Shown here: in pieces, positions 36,099-47,348 of the stretch
Layout of the letters: every line of letters starts with the position of its first letter
Position numbering within the stretch: the stretch's first letter is position 1
NCBI GenBank assembly: GCA_028718605.1
Contig: JAQULM010000001.1
Span: 337,073 to 401,072 of the forward strand
Length of the DNA: 64,000 nucleotides
Origin: Patescibacteria group bacterium
GTDB lineage: Bacteria; Patescibacteriota; Patescibacteriia; UBA10025; JAHIVO01
Direction: 5' to 3'
The notes under the pieces: model-generated
What the model saw: the letters and a program-made list of their open reading frames with translations, nothing else
Databases searched by the model: none
Told to the model about the DNA's origin: nothing
Made by a program: the position numbers and the translations under genes

Positions 36099-39000
36099 TT
36101 ACGGAACCACACGCTGATAAACGGGAAGCGCCTTCGAGAAGTCTGACAAACCAGGCGGCGTATTCGCCAGCACCCTTCCATCATAGACGATTTGTTCCGC
36201 AGCAGCAAGGTCTTTGAGGTATGTACGATCAAAATTGAAACCTTTCGCTACCAGCAAACCTGATACTTTCAGGGGCACTACATAATCAACTTCAAGAACG
36301 GTCCTGGTTACTTCACTGATCCCCCGGTATTCGCCAGCTCCTACCGTTTCCGGATCGCGCCGCAGCCGAATCGTTGGTTCGGTAAATCCAGCAACTCCTG
36401 GCTGATACAGATCGCGGCTGATGAATGTTTCGATAAGATCAGCAATATCAGACGTGACAATCGTGCTCCCCGTAGGCCAATCGCCCGCAGCTATGGTCTG
36501 CGCTTCTTCAGACGTTGCTCTATCAAGCGGCAAGTCGAACGGATTACCACCGTCAAACGTGCCCGGAAATCCATCTAATAACCCCTGCCGCACCTCGAAA
36601 CCTGCACTCCCTAAACCGCAGATCGTGCTTCTCAGGGAGGCCCGCTTGATATCTGCATTCTTCGGCAGGTCAAACTCGCGGAAGCGGAAAAAATCACGCT
36701 CCGTGTCACTATACGACCCGAACCGCATACAGTCATCGAGCGTATCTGCGTTGTAGAACGGTTCGAAGGCAACCGCATCATCCAATTCATCCACGATGGG
36801 ACGCGTGACGCGCTGCGGCGCGTAATCAATGACGAGCTGCGGTTCGTTCCCTGTTACGGGATCATCCCACGCACGGGCGATCGCTAACTCATCATTGGCC
36901 GCGGTCCCTTCGTTCAGCATGAGGCCAATTGCATTGCCTGCAGCATACTCAGGCATGTCGATAAACCGTTGTACCAAACTTTTAATATCAGGGGATGTAT
37001 TCTGCGCATTTGCCTGCCAGTCCGCCATCGGGAAGCTTATGCTGTTCGTCGTGTCGAGATTATAGATATTCGCTGGATCATTCCCATAATTCGCGCTGTC
37101 AAACGTGGCGACGTTTGTCGAGTCAATGAGATAAATCCGTGAATTAAAGTCACCTGCCGATACCCCGTTTCCCGTAAGCCTCAAATACGCGTGGATAATC
37201 TCAGAGCCCGCTGGGATGTCGAGAGGGAATCGCAGGAAACCACGGTATGTTGCAGTCGCATCCTTGCCGATTCTAATGGTTGTGCCAAGTGTCATATTGA
37301 CGCTATCCGAACTCACGTCAGTATCATCAGTGCTGGACTCGATGACTTCCTCGGCGGGAACTAAACGACCGGTACTGGTTACGCCGTCCTCTTCTGGCGT
37401 TGCCGGATTGTCAATCGCGACAAACGCACCACCCAAATCAGTAACGAACGGGTCGATATAGATATTGCCGCGGACAATGAACGCCGCTGACGGCATTTCA
37501 CTTACATTCTCGAGGCCAGTCTCATCATAGGTAATATTTGCCCGAATTTCGAGGTCACCGTCTATCACGAAGAGTCCGCCCCCGGTCGTTCCACTGGCGG
37601 CGGTGCCTTTCATGAACTCCATTGGATTTGAAATCACATACCGCGTATCAGCTCCATGGAAATAATACACCGTACCATCGAGAACTGGTTGGATTGCAGA
37701 CGGTGATAATGCTGCGCTCGCGCTGATATCAACGATGCCGCTTCCTCCGCCGCTACTCATATCTTCCACGACCGGATTGCCGTACCGATTCAATCCGTCG
37801 CCATCACTGTCATCGGTCAGCCGGCCAACATTAATACGGTCGAGCACGTCTTCGCCGAGCGGGTATCCGGTACCAGTAATCAGCGGCTCGAATCCTGTTT
37901 GGTAATATCCGCTCGTCGGCCGTCCTGTCTCGGTCCCACTGTAATACCCGGGAATGCCCGAAATGCTTTCTTCGCCTTCTTGGCCTGACGTAATGAGGAA
38001 TGTGCTCGTGTATGACCCAGAGCCGCGTGCCGGAGGCGCGAGTTCGACCGTCGTGCCCGCATAAATATCGCTGAACATCGTCTGCACCCACGGGATGCCG
38101 AGAAGCGCAGTTGCAGGCATGAATTCCACCCAGCCAACGCCCGCCTGGCGTACGCCGGGGAACCACTTCGTGAACATCAAGTCGCTACTCGCGCACACAT
38201 ATGCCCGGTATACCCGTTCGAGGCATTGGGGGTAGGCCTCGTCAGTACATACGCTTACGTCATTCGCGGCTAGTAACGAACCAGTCGCCCTGCTCCGCTT
38301 ATCAACCCGAAGGTCGGTAGAATCTTGTCGGCCGATGAAATACACGTACGGATTCGCAATGACAACATCGTACGCAGCCCATCCGCCCCAATCAAGAACG
38401 GTACCCGCTCCACCATTGCCCCAGTCCATGCTAACACCGCATGCACCGTCGGTACACAACGCGCCCGTCGATTTCAAACGCTTCTCGAGATACCAGCCAC
38501 GGCTCGTGCAGCCTGTGGCAGGATCGCACGTCTCGCCGGCAATATACATCATGTCCCCGTCGAGCGCGATTGCATGTGCATCCTCAGTACTGGCACCGAC
38601 ATCAACACTGATTGTACCCGCAGGATCACCGTTTGCACCGCCGAATCCAGATACCAGCTCGCCACGTTTCATATCCCGCTTCTCGAGATGCCATCGTCCA
38701 TTCTCGGCCTGGGAATCGCTGCCGGAAATATACAGATACGTTCCATCCGTCGTAATGCTGAAATTATCACCGTCAACAAGGCCGGCATTCGCTCCAGTCA
38801 AAAACCCGGTGCCATTGCCGAACATCGGATCGAGCTTGCCCGTGGAGAGCAGCCGCTTTTCGATGCGCCACCGGCCGCTGCCGAAGTTCGTACCGTCATA
38901 ATTTTCGTACCCGATGACGTACATATGCAAGCCACTGATAACGATATCAGAAGCGCTTGCGAACCGGCCGGCAATGTACGCCGAGGTCACGACGCCGTCA

Positions 39001-42000
39001 CTATCAAACGTAGTATCGAGCGCGCCGGTCGTCAGCAACCGCTTTTCGATGCGCCAGCTCGTCGGGCTGGCGGGATTGAACGTCCGGCCAACGAGGTACA
39101 TAGACGTACCGTCAATCGCAATGCCGTACGCCGCATCACCGCTGCTGCTATAAAGTCGTCCAGTCCCATTAAAAGCGCCTGCTGTGCAAGCGGCAACCCC
39201 ATTGCACAAGTCACCGGTCGTTTTATTCCGTTTCTCAACAAACCAGTAGTCATCGAGAGGCTGCGCTGGTGTATTATTGTCGCGGATCCCTGAAATGTAT
39301 AAATAATTTGCGTCAACAGCAACATCATACGCAATCCACGTATCAGCCCCTCCTGAAATATGCCCATCGCCGTCAAAATCTGTAACAAGATCGCCGTTAT
39401 TGAGCCATCGCTTCTCGATCCACCAATTGTCTGCTTCGGTACTCCCAACCGTATACAGGTACGTCCCGTCGCTGGCAGCTGCGCGTCCCTGGGAGCTCTC
39501 AATGCCACCCTCAACGACCTGCCCGCCTGTGCCGAATGCAGAGCAATCGCGGGTGCTGAACTTGGTCTCGTCCCAAATAACGTTCTGGTTGCCCCAACGG
39601 TCGAGCTTCAGCATCGGGCCTTCGGACGGTTGAGTGTTTGATTCATACACGTTGTAGTATGGCGTCGCAGGATTTGATACCGCCTGTGTGCTGTACGCAG
39701 CAGTCACCCATCCGCCTGCACCACCATTGGCAGCGGGATCCCACTGCCGGAATCGGATATTCGCTGCTTCATTGGCATACCCCGAATCATAGTCCCCCCA
39801 TACCACTTCAGGGATATTATTCGCATCAAGCACGAGGGAAACTCGGCGCCCATAATAGCCTTGATTAGTATTCACCTGTAAATTCGTACGATCATCCCCA
39901 CTCATCGTAACCCATGCCCCTGCTCCAGAATCCCACCTGCGTAATAGGACTGCCGCCGGATCAAGCCATGCGATATACGGTACGCCTGATGTGCTCACGG
40001 CGAGTGAGGGCCGTGCCCCGTCAGGCAGCCAGTTTGCATCAGCGCCGGTCGGGTATGGCGATCCAGCGGGCCCAATATCGGCATTCACCGACACGTCTTC
40101 TCCTGATAAACCCGCAGTAACGTCATCGCTTGCTGTTACCCATCCGCCAGCGCCTGCATTCGCGTCCCCGTTCCAGCGACGGTAGAATATCTGATGGTTC
40201 ACTGCCGTGATATCCTGTTCCCAGGCAATGTGGGGCGTATCGCCATCAAGCGCGAGAGTCGGCATTCCTTTTGAGTCAGTCGGCGTACCGCTTACGTCAA
40301 GATTTGCTGAATTATTATTCATCGGAATCCAACCTGATCCCAAATCCTGCTTATAATTGATTGCCGAGGGCTCTCCCGGTATGCCAGCCCAGGGCCCTGT
40401 CCGATACACGATATGCTTGGTGCCAGACGCACCGATCTTGATCATGGGTGTTTGCGCAGGTGACGCTTGGAATAATTGGGTAATCCAATCTTCCGTTTCA
40501 GGATCCCAATATGTGTAATAGAGCGTGCCTCCCTCGCGCATATTATCGAGACCACCATCCTGCCACGCGATGTGCGGATCACCACTCGGATCAAGAGCGA
40601 GAGATATGGATAAAACGCCTTCCGCCGCACTCGTCACGCGTAAATTCGCAGCACTGCCCGGCGAATCGAATGCGTCACCCGATGCCGTTACCCATCCGCC
40701 TGAAACGAGTTTTGCATAGTACACTTCGTTTCGACCCGTATCAGGATCGATTCCGATCCACGCGACATGCTGGTTTCCGCTCCGATCAACCTCGAGCACT
40801 GCATTCGAACCCTTCAGCGGTCGGCGCGCAAGTCCGCTTCGCGTGACCTTTTCAGGTTCAAGCCATCGAGAATATATATTGAGGTCCGAATGTTCCGCGT
40901 CCCATCCCCACCCGAGCAAGCTGTACAGCTGAATCTCATTGGGATTGACGTCGGGATCGCCAAGGAATTGCTGGGAATCGATTTCAACGCCGGTCACTGT
41001 ATACGGTCCCGCTGTGCCTGCGCTGTTATCATACTGGCCACCGAGCTTAATCCAGCCCCAGTTACATGGCTCCGTCCCGCCTGTATGGCCGCAGGTCGTA
41101 TTCTCCCCGGCTTGCTTCACAGCGACGAGGCGCGCCCACCCCGTAACCTCGTGCGTCGTGCCATTGAAGTTGGCTGTCGCATACGGCCGACACTCGCCGG
41201 AAACAAGGCATGCGTCGCCGGTTTGACACGTCTCATAAATGCACTTCGGCTGCTCATCGCCGATAATCGGACACATTGAAATATCGGACTCTGTGCATTC
41301 AATATCACGATCACTGGAACAAACGCCGTACCGCTGGCCCGCTGCGCCGGTTGTGGTATAACAATACCCATACAAAACATTGCCGGGAGGCGTACCAGCG
41401 ACAGTAACACCAGCACTCGCCTCTTCTGCGGTCGTATCGATACATGTGTTCCCGGTACCGCATTCTGAGTCACCCGCACACCCGCGTTGGGAATCATTCG
41501 AACACACGCCTTCGAACAAGCTGATCCATCCGATTCCAACGCTGCTCGTAACGAAGTCTTTGCGGATGACTGACGTATAATACGGTGCTCCGCCACCGCC
41601 ATTATTCGCAATCCATACCGCATCATCCCCGAATACTGATTGCTGGGGACTGTTAAACTGGGGATTAGCCGCGCCGAGATTGGTATATGTCCTGACAAGC
41701 TGCCTCGTACGGATATCGATTTGATATATCTGGCTATCGGTCTGGTTATTGACCCACATGTACTTGCCGCTCGACGAAATGCCGGACATTGCCTGGCCGC
41801 CCGATGTCAGCACAATATTTGCAACCACCGCTCCCGCGCGATCCATGACAGTAACGCCATTGGTACGCGTTACCCAGATATTCGTGCCGTCGGAAGCGAT
41901 TCCCTCTAACATTGAATTCCCGATGGAATAACTCGCCACAGAGCCATCCACAATCGAAATGCGCGATACAGTGATGTCCCCGTTATTCGGCACCCAGACG

Positions 42001-45000
42001 TACCCCTGATCGTACCTCAACCAGTACGGATTGCTGCTCACGGCACACCGTGTCGGTGCGCCCGTAGGGACCGTGCCGTTACAGTTCAGCTCAGTACTAT
42101 CGCTCGTACGGATCCGGGCAACATTCGCCGTGTTGAAATTGGACACCCACAGGTCCCTGCCGTCGAACGTGATACCCCATGGCTGGCATACATCCGAACC
42201 GCATCCGGAAAGCTGCACCGACCCGCCCTGCCCGATAGGCGCAGCGGTATGTGTGACAGGATCAACTTTTAATACAATCCCGTCTTTCTTGCTGGCAATC
42301 CATAGGTAACCGTCTGCATACACGATCCCCTGCAGGTAGCAGTCCGCTGATGTGCATATTTCATACTCACCGGCAAGCGAAGCGTCTGCAGTGCGGAACT
42401 GGAGTAGCCGCCTGTTCTCGCGTGTCGTTACCCAGACATAGGGACCGCCGGGCGTATCTGAGTCGTACTCGACGCCGTTACCGGAGCCGTATGACTGTTC
42501 CCCTGCGGCAAGTGCCCGCCAGCTGTCCGCCAGGGCCTGTCCCGATGCCGACCACCCATATCCCTCGAGCGGATTGATATCGCGCTGCTCGTCGAAATCG
42601 GTATTAAGGCCCCAGTGCTTCCCGATCGAACAGCTATAATCGGTCTGGTCGTAACGATTCAGGCAGTTCATCGACACCCATCCGAGTGTCGAAGACCACG
42701 CCCATCCTACAATATTATTTTTTACGAGGAATAATGTCGCTTCGCTCCCGAATGCAGTCGCGAGCGAATCCTCATTCTCCGCCTTTACCTTGTAGTCATA
42801 TTTCAAGGACGCCTCAAGCCCCTCGATGATAGTGCCATCAAGATCTGTGCGCCAGTTGGGGCCGCTGGTTGCGTCGCAGGTGCCCCCATTACAATCAGCG
42901 CTGGTTGCGCAACTCGTGCCTGGTTTCGTTCCGCCGACGCAAGCTTTTGACTCGCGCACTGCCCAATGGCCTGACGTATCCCCGTCAACGCAGTCTTGGC
43001 TCGGGAACCAGTCAGCTCCATTGAATATGCAGTCCGCTTTATTCGTCTGCCAGTCGTCCTCCGAACAATACCCCCAGTCATCCGCGAGAGCAGCTTCACA
43101 GTCCGTCTCGTTCGTGAAGGCAGGGTTGCCGCACACACCCCAGTTGACCGTTGTCCTGCCGTCATTCAACCCGTCGTAGCCATCCGGGAATAAATATTTC
43201 GAATTCATTGTTCCGCCATCGTTGTACCGCGACACACAAACTGCATACTTCGTTATCGCCGGATTTTCATCCGAATCGCGCAGCGTCAACCTGACTGACG
43301 ACCCGCTTACCTGCCGCAACAACGGCCGAACCGGCGTATTCGCCCGCGTATACGCACACACGGGAGTATCAGGTTTGCTGGCAGTAATGTCATTCGTCCC
43401 ATCGGCGGCTGAACCAGTGCGATTCCGCGCCTGTACTTGGTAGCAGTATTCCACGTTCGGCACGAGACTGCTGTCAATGACTTGATTGCCGGTAGGGCGG
43501 CCAAAGCTTGTAAAGCCAGACTGCGCGCCGGCGCCTGAATGGCCGAGCGTTTCAAAAAATCGAATGCCGGAACTTCCGATCCCAATGTTTGAAAATGTCC
43601 CGAGTGCACGAACGATCATACTCGTCGGAGTGATATTCGCGGGCGGTATCTCGATGCCTGTCGCAGCCTCGATCGAATTCGCGGCTGATCCAATCGGAGA
43701 ACACTGCCCTTCACGCTCCCTGCTGTCTACGCCACATGCATACAGGTTATACGAAGCATTTGCTGCCATTGTCGTACATCTGCCCCCGCCGTCACAATCC
43801 CCGTCCACTGCGCAACTCGTTCCTTCTTCGGTGCCGCTAACGCAGACCCCTGTTTGCTTGCAGGTCCTGGCGATACTGTCCCCGCATGGCGGATTGCTCG
43901 TGCTGTAATGGTAATGGTCGACGGCCGTGCCAGCAGACTGGGTCCAGGACCAGTACAGCGGATATGTCGGCCCTGCCTCGATCGGATTGTTGGTGTGTAT
44001 CGGCCTCCCCGGAACGCACGGGGGGAGCGTGTCGGTTGCATTCCGAGTATAGTCGGATTCGAGCGTGCCCGATATACCCGCCGCCGCACTGATACGGATG
44101 TATTGCGTCGCTGCACTGCATGCCAGGCTCCGGAATGAAAGAGAAGTCCCGTCCGAAATCTGGTTCCAGACATTTGAATACTGGGTGCCGGTCGAATTGT
44201 CGTATGGCCGGATATTCGTCCATGTGGTTCCGTTAACCGAATACTGGTATTTATAGTATGCGCCTGCTGGGTTAGCTGACGAATCACTGAACGTCGTATT
44301 GCAGTAATACCCACGCGCTAAACTGTAATTGCATGCGATCGACGGATCATCCGGCGGCATCAGTGGCATGCATTCTACAACCTTCGGATAATCCGCCGGC
44401 CAATTGACAAAATATGGATCTCCACTGGGAAACGCATCGCCGTCCGGAAAATTATACGCAGCGTCCTCACCAACCTTATCTTCAAAATTCCTGCTAATTG
44501 ACCGGAACGTGAAGCATTTTCCAGGGCTGAAATACTCTTTTAATTCACGGGGTTCGCTGGATGACCAACCGCAGGAACACCATGGGCATGCACTTGCATA
44601 CGACTTACCCCAATCCGGGATGCGGGGCATGCCGCTGGTCGACTGCTCAGGAGAACATTCGCCGAAAAAGTACGTTTGCCCTTCATCATTTGTCACGGCA
44701 AACGCATAGTCGGTGCTCGATGGATTGTCAGGATATAAACCCGTGCCGGTATTCAGGTACACCTCGATCGATCCAGACGTGACGTCGCCGATCGTCATTG
44801 GCTGGGGATTTCTTGCCCGGCTATACCCCCACGCCCAGTCATTGTCCCAGTACACGTCCCCAACCGGATCCTGGTTATACTCCGGGCTCCGCAAGCTATC
44901 CCGGGAAAATAAACTTACCCCATATTGGCTATTTGGCGCTATGGCGGTTGCCGCTGTTTCGCCGGTGAGTGTCAGGGTGCCCGCACCGCACTGATAAACG

Positions 45001-47327
45001 CTCGAAACCCCCCCAAACAGTACTATCCAGCTAGTATTGGTTATATAGCCGCCGGGCGCTTGGTAGAGCGGAGGCGGGGTGCGGAACGGCGCGCCGAGCG
45101 TCGCCGCACTGCCCGACGGTGTGTTATTGAACGCAACGCCGTACCCGCTGAATTGGTCAAACTCACCGTAGACACCGATGTTATACTCGGTTGTCGACGG
45201 ATTCGTGTTCTGCGGCGGGTGGATAAAATCAAAACCACATCCTACCACGATATTATTCCACCGGGACGAACCGACCGTCGTGGGATATTCGCGGACGCAA
45301 CATTTTTGTCCGGCATCCAGATCGGCTTGCGTGCATGCAGTCCCCTGGCCGAGGTGATCGACGCCATCATATTCGCAATCGAGCGCTTCAAACTCATCAC
45401 TACTGCATTCAGACTTGCAGGTTATCCCTGCCTTGTGGAAATTATACGGCGCTGCCGCGGTCGTTTGGGATACCGTCGTGCTGTACGGTGAGTAGCCGCT
45501 CGAGGCATGCGTTGACCGCACGCGGAAATACTGCATCGAATTTGGAATTAACCCTGAAACCGTCACTGAACACTTTGTCCCGTCATCATACCCAGCCGCA
45601 GTCGTGTTGCACGTCGCCAGGCAGTTGGTCCCGCACGACTGGTCCGTGAACGTCCCGGTCGGTATGGTATACGTGGCTGGATCTGGGCTGGGATTGAAAT
45701 TATTTTCAGTGTCGTACTGGAGCTGCCAGCCGGTTTCATCATTATTATTGTCGAACCATTCAAGTGTTTGTGACGAGTAATTATTCGCCGCCGGCGTCAG
45801 GACGGACAGCGTCGGCCGGCGGTACACCAGTACCGTCAGCGAAGGCCTCAGCGCTGCCGTCGCCGTCCGCACATTATACGTGTAGAAACCGCGATAACAC
45901 CAGTCAGCACTCGACTCGCCGCCAGAAGTGGGAATGTCATCTTCGCGCAGCACAATCTGTGTCTGATTGAACTGTGAAATCGCAGAACTTGGTATGGGGA
46001 TTGAGCGCAGGCAACTTGCCGGCGTACTGGTGCACGTAGCATTGCTCGTCGGCAAACCGGTAGAATTTAATGTCACTTTATTCCCCATCGAGCCTGTCGT
46101 TGTCCAGAGCGCCTGGGCAACCGCGGGAGTCGGCGGCGAAACCCATGAAGACCATGCGTCCGCTCCGGAAAAAGCGGAGATATAGTTGCCGGTTCCCCAA
46201 CTGCAATACGAGCCCGTGTAGTACCGATACATGTAGACATTAAACGTTCCACCAAAAATCTCAGCTTGGTCAAACACATTTAAATTTGACGTGGAAAAGC
46301 TGAATAACGAACGCAGTGCGCCATCAGGGGAAACCATGCTCAGCTCGCGCGCGTCACGCTGCGATGTTAAGGTTACGTCAGACAAATCCCTGAGAGAATA
46401 GCGCAGTAGAACCGGGTACCCATAATATTCACGGAACAGCTCGCCGCTATCGTTGCTTGGCTGCTGTGAAGCTGTATTGTATGTATAGGTAAAATCGACC
46501 ACCACAGGCAGGGTTGCTGTTGTGAGCCATTCAGCACCCTCCTGGTCGATCACCTTAGTAATGTCATAGCCGCTTTCCGCTTTCGTAATCTCATAATGCA
46601 AGCCAAAACTTTGGTTCCCGGGATTGTCCCGCTCGTACATGACCGGGCGGGGCATGTTAAACACGCGGTTTTTCGTAGTACTGTCATGGAAGCTGACGCT
46701 CCCGTCCTTTTCCTCGCGGAAGTAGATCCCCTGCAGTTCGACGTGCTGCGTAATCGATTGCGCAGCTTCGGGCTTGGTGATAACCGCTTCCTCGATAAGA
46801 CTGTCAGCCGTCACGGTATACTTCGCGTCAACCCCGTCATAAATGTCCGGGTAGGTCACCGTATTGCCCTCGGCAACAGCCTGAACTGTTTTCGGCTCCT
46901 TGAACCCAAATGTGACGCCCCGATCCCCGGGGATCGAATACTTGATCATGCCGTCAGCTGCACTGGCGCCCCGGTAGTATGTTTTGAACGCGTTCGTCGT
47001 GTTTTCGTACGCAAACTCGCCGGTCGTTTCGCGTATCGTCGTGTCGATTTCTGCATACCGGCCTTCCGGCGTCTTGTACTGCGCGTTGCCGGAGTAGAAG
47101 GTGATGGCGTTTTTTTCGCTGTCGTACGGTTTCTCAACATAATTCAGCGCGGAATCCTTGACCAAACTATCCAGCTCGAGCTCGGGGTTGGGCAGTTCAG
47201 GCGTAATCTCCTGGGCCGGCTCATGGGTGCGCTGCCAGACCACGAGGAGCAGGCCGCCGCCGAGCACAGCGCTTGCCGCAACGATGAATAATGCGAGAAG
47301 TATTCTTTTTGTCACTTTTTCATGCAT
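36099..47327 (-). CDS. giant secreted/cell-surface repeat protein (3742 aa) with beta-propeller-like, delta-60-like and WVT-SGD repeats
   Basis: ATG start with a signal anchor 'ILLALFIVAASAVLGGGLLLVVW'. It contains FDGxxLWV/YVWV-type repeats, repeated 'RRW(N/D)xxxGxWVTxSGD' units, about six 'W(R)IEKRLxxTGxLDxxFG' units, and Cys-rich and FN3-like segments. A 20-nt gap separates it from pilM. Confidence 0.8.
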   Translation of the reverse strand: MHEKVTKRILLALFIVAASAVLGGGLLLVVWQRTHEPAQEITPELPNPELELDSLVKDSALNYVEKPYDSEKNAITFYSGNAQYKTPEGRYAEIDTTIRETTGEFAYENTTNAFKTYYRGASAADGMIKYSIPGDRGVTFGFKEPKTVQAVAEGNTVTYPDIYDGVDAKYTVTADSLIEEAVITKPEAAQSITQHVELQGIYFREEKDGSVSFHDSTTKNRVFNMPRPVMYERDNPGNQSFGLHYEITKAESGYDITKVIDQEGAEWLTTATLPVVVDFTYTYNTASQQPSNDSGELFREYYGYPVLLRYSLRDLSDVTLTSQRDARELSMVSPDGALRSLFSFSTSNLNVFDQAEIFGGTFNVYMYRYYTGSYCSWGTGNYISAFSGADAWSSWVSPPTPAVAQALWTTTGSMGNKVTLNSTGLPTSNATCTSTPASCLRSIPIPSSAISQFNQTQIVLREDDIPTSGGESSADWCYRGFYTYNVRTATAALRPSLTVLVYRRPTLSVLTPAANNYSSQTLEWFDNNNDETGWQLQYDTENNFNPSPDPATYTIPTGTFTDQSCGTNCLATCNTTAAGYDDGTKCSVTVSGLIPNSMQYFRVRSTHASSGYSPYSTTVSQTTAAAPYNFHKAGITCKSECSSDEFEALDCEYDGVDHLGQGTACTQADLDAGQKCCVREYPTTVGSSRWNNIVVGCGFDFIHPPQNTNPSTTEYNIGVYGEFDQFSGYGVAFNNTPSGSAATLGAPFRTPPPLYQAPGGYITNTSWIVLFGGVSSVYQCGAGTLTLTGETAATAIAPNSQYGVSLFSRDSLRSPEYNQDPVGDVYWDNDWAWGYSRARNPQPMTIGDVTSGSIEVYLNTGTGLYPDNPSSTDYAFAVTNDEGQTYFFGECSPEQSTSGMPRIPDWGKSYASACPWCSCGWSSSEPRELKEYFSPGKCFTFRSISRNFEDKVGEDAAYNFPDGDAFPSGDPYFVNWPADYPKVVECMPLMPPDDPSIACNYSLARGYYCNTTFSDSSANPAGAYYKYQYSVNGTTWTNIRPYDNSTGTQYSNVWNQISDGTSLSFRSLACSAATQYIRISAAAGISGTLESDYTRNATDTLPPCVPGRPIHTNNPIEAGPTYPLYWSWTQSAGTAVDHYHYSTSNPPCGDSIARTCKQTGVCVSGTEEGTSCAVDGDCDGGGRCTTMAANASYNLYACGVDSREREGQCSPIGSAANSIEAATGIEIPPANITPTSMIVRALGTFSNIGIGSSGIRFFETLGHSGAGAQSGFTSFGRPTGNQVIDSSLVPNVEYCYQVQARNRTGSAADGTNDITASKPDTPVCAYTRANTPVRPLLRQVSGSSVRLTLRDSDENPAITKYAVCVSRYNDGGTMNSKYLFPDGYDGLNDGRTTVNWGVCGNPAFTNETDCEAALADDWGYCSEDDWQTNKADCIFNGADWFPSQDCVDGDTSGHWAVRESKACVGGTKPGTSCATSADCNGGTCDATSGPNWRTDLDGTIIEGLEASLKYDYKVKAENEDSLATAFGSEATLFLVKNNIVGWAWSSTLGWVSMNCLNRYDQTDYSCSIGKHWGLNTDFDEQRDINPLEGYGWSASGQALADSWRALAAGEQSYGSGNGVEYDSDTPGGPYVWVTTRENRRLLQFRTADASLAGEYEICTSADCYLQGIVYADGYLWIASKKDGIVLKVDPVTHTAAPIGQGGSVQLSGCGSDVCQPWGITFDGRDLWVSNFNTANVARIRTSDSTELNCNGTVPTGAPTRCAVSSNPYWLRYDQGYVWVPNNGDITVSRISIVDGSVASYSIGNSMLEGIASDGTNIWVTRTNGVTVMDRAGAVVANIVLTSGGQAMSGISSSGKYMWVNNQTDSQIYQIDIRTRQLVRTYTNLGAANPQFNSPQQSVFGDDAVWIANNGGGGAPYYTSVIRKDFVTSSVGIGWISLFEGVCSNDSQRGCAGDSECGTGNTCIDTTAEEASAGVTVAGTPPGNVLYGYCYTTTGAAGQRYGVCSSDRDIECTESDISMCPIIGDEQPKCIYETCQTGDACLVSGECRPYATANFNGTTHEVTGWARLVAVKQAGENTTCGHTGGTEPCNWGWIKLGGQYDNSAGTAGPYTVTGVEIDSQQFLGDPDVNPNEIQLYSLLGWGWDAEHSDLNIYSRWLEPEKVTRSGLARRPLKGSNAVLEVDRSGNQHVAWIGIDPDTGRNEVYYAKLVSGGWVTASGDAFDSPGSAANLRVTSAAEGVLSISLALDPSGDPHIAWQDGGLDNMREGGTLYYTYWDPETEDWITQLFQASPAQTPMIKIGASGTKHIVYRTGPWAGIPGEPSAINYKQDLGSGWIPMNNNSANLDVSGTPTDSKGMPTLALDGDTPHIAWEQDITAVNHQIFYRRWNGDANAGAGGWVTASDDVTAGLSGEDVSVNADIGPAGSPYPTGADANWLPDGARPSLAVSTSGVPYIAWLDPAAVLLRRWDSGAGAWVTMSGDDRTNLQVNTNQGYYGRRVSLVLDANNIPEVVWGDYDSGYANEAANIRFRQWDPAANGGAGGWVTAAYSTQAVSNPATPYYNVYESNTQPSEGPMLKLDRWGNQNVIWDETKFSTRDCSAFGTGGQVVEGGIESSQGRAAASDGTYLYTVGSTEADNWWIEKRWLNNGDLVTDFDGDGHISGGADTWIAYDVAVDANYLYISGIRDNNTPAQPLDDYWFVEKRNKTTGDLCNGVAACTAGAFNGTGRLYSSSGDAAYGIAIDGTSMYLVGRTFNPASPTSWRIEKRLLTTGALDTTFDSDGVVTSAYIAGRFASASDIVISGLHMYVIGYENYDGTNFGSGRWRIEKRLLSTGKLDPMFGNGTGFLTGANAGLVDGDNFSITTDGTYLYISGSDSQAENGRWHLEKRDMKRGELVSGFGGANGDPAGTISVDVGASTEDAHAIALDGDMMYIAGETCDPATGCTSRGWYLEKRLKSTGALCTDGACGVSMDWGNGGAGTVLDWGGWAAYDVVIANPYVYFIGRQDSTDLRVDKRSRATGSLLAANDVSVCTDEAYPQCLERVYRAYVCASSDLMFTKWFPGVRQAGVGWVEFMPATALLGIPWVQTMFSDIYAGTTVELAPPARGSGSYTSTFLITSGQEGEESISGIPGYYSGTETGRPTSGYYQTGFEPLITGTGYPLGEDVLDRINVGRLTDDSDGDGLNRYGNPVVEDMSSGGGSGIVDISASAALSPSAIQPVLDGTVYYFHGADTRYVISNPMEFMKGTAASGTTGGGLFVIDGDLEIRANITYDETGLENVSEMPSAAFIVRGNIYIDPFVTDLGGAFVAIDNPATPEEDGVTSTGRLVPAEEVIESSTDDTDVSSDSVNMTLGTTIRIGKDATATYRGFLRFPLDIPAGSEIIHAYLRLTGNGVSAGDFNSRIYLIDSTNVATFDSANYGNDPANIYNLDTTNSISFPMADWQANAQNTSPDIKSLVQRFIDMPEYAAGNAIGLMLNEGTAANDELAIARAWDDPVTGNEPQLVIDYAPQRVTRPIVDELDDAVAFEPFYNADTLDDCMRFGSYSDTERDFFRFREFDLPKNADIKRASLRSTICGLGSAGFEVRQGLLDGFPGTFDGGNPFDLPLDRATSEEAQTIAAGDWPTGSTIVTSDIADLIETFISRDLYQPGVAGFTEPTIRLRRDPETVGAGEYRGISEVTRTVLEVDYVVPLKVSGLLVAKGFNFDRTYLKDLAAAEQIVYDGRVLANTPPGLSDFSKALPVYQRVVP

Positions 47328-47348
47328 ACGGACGGTACGCCGTGAAAA

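Noticed and set aside
38325-39293. 322-aa ORF antisense inside the 3742-aa giant gene. Similar antisense ORFs occur at 40767..41279, 43727..44314, 44925..45491 and 46596..47291, and at 51775..52680, 53863..54354 and 55431..55994 inside the 1950-aa gene.
   Set aside because: They lie entirely within, and opposite to, long ORFs with coherent repeat architecture and signal peptides. Their products are Arg/Ala/Pro-rich low-complexity sequence, typical of spurious antisense frames in GC-rich repeat genes. They have no start-site signals.
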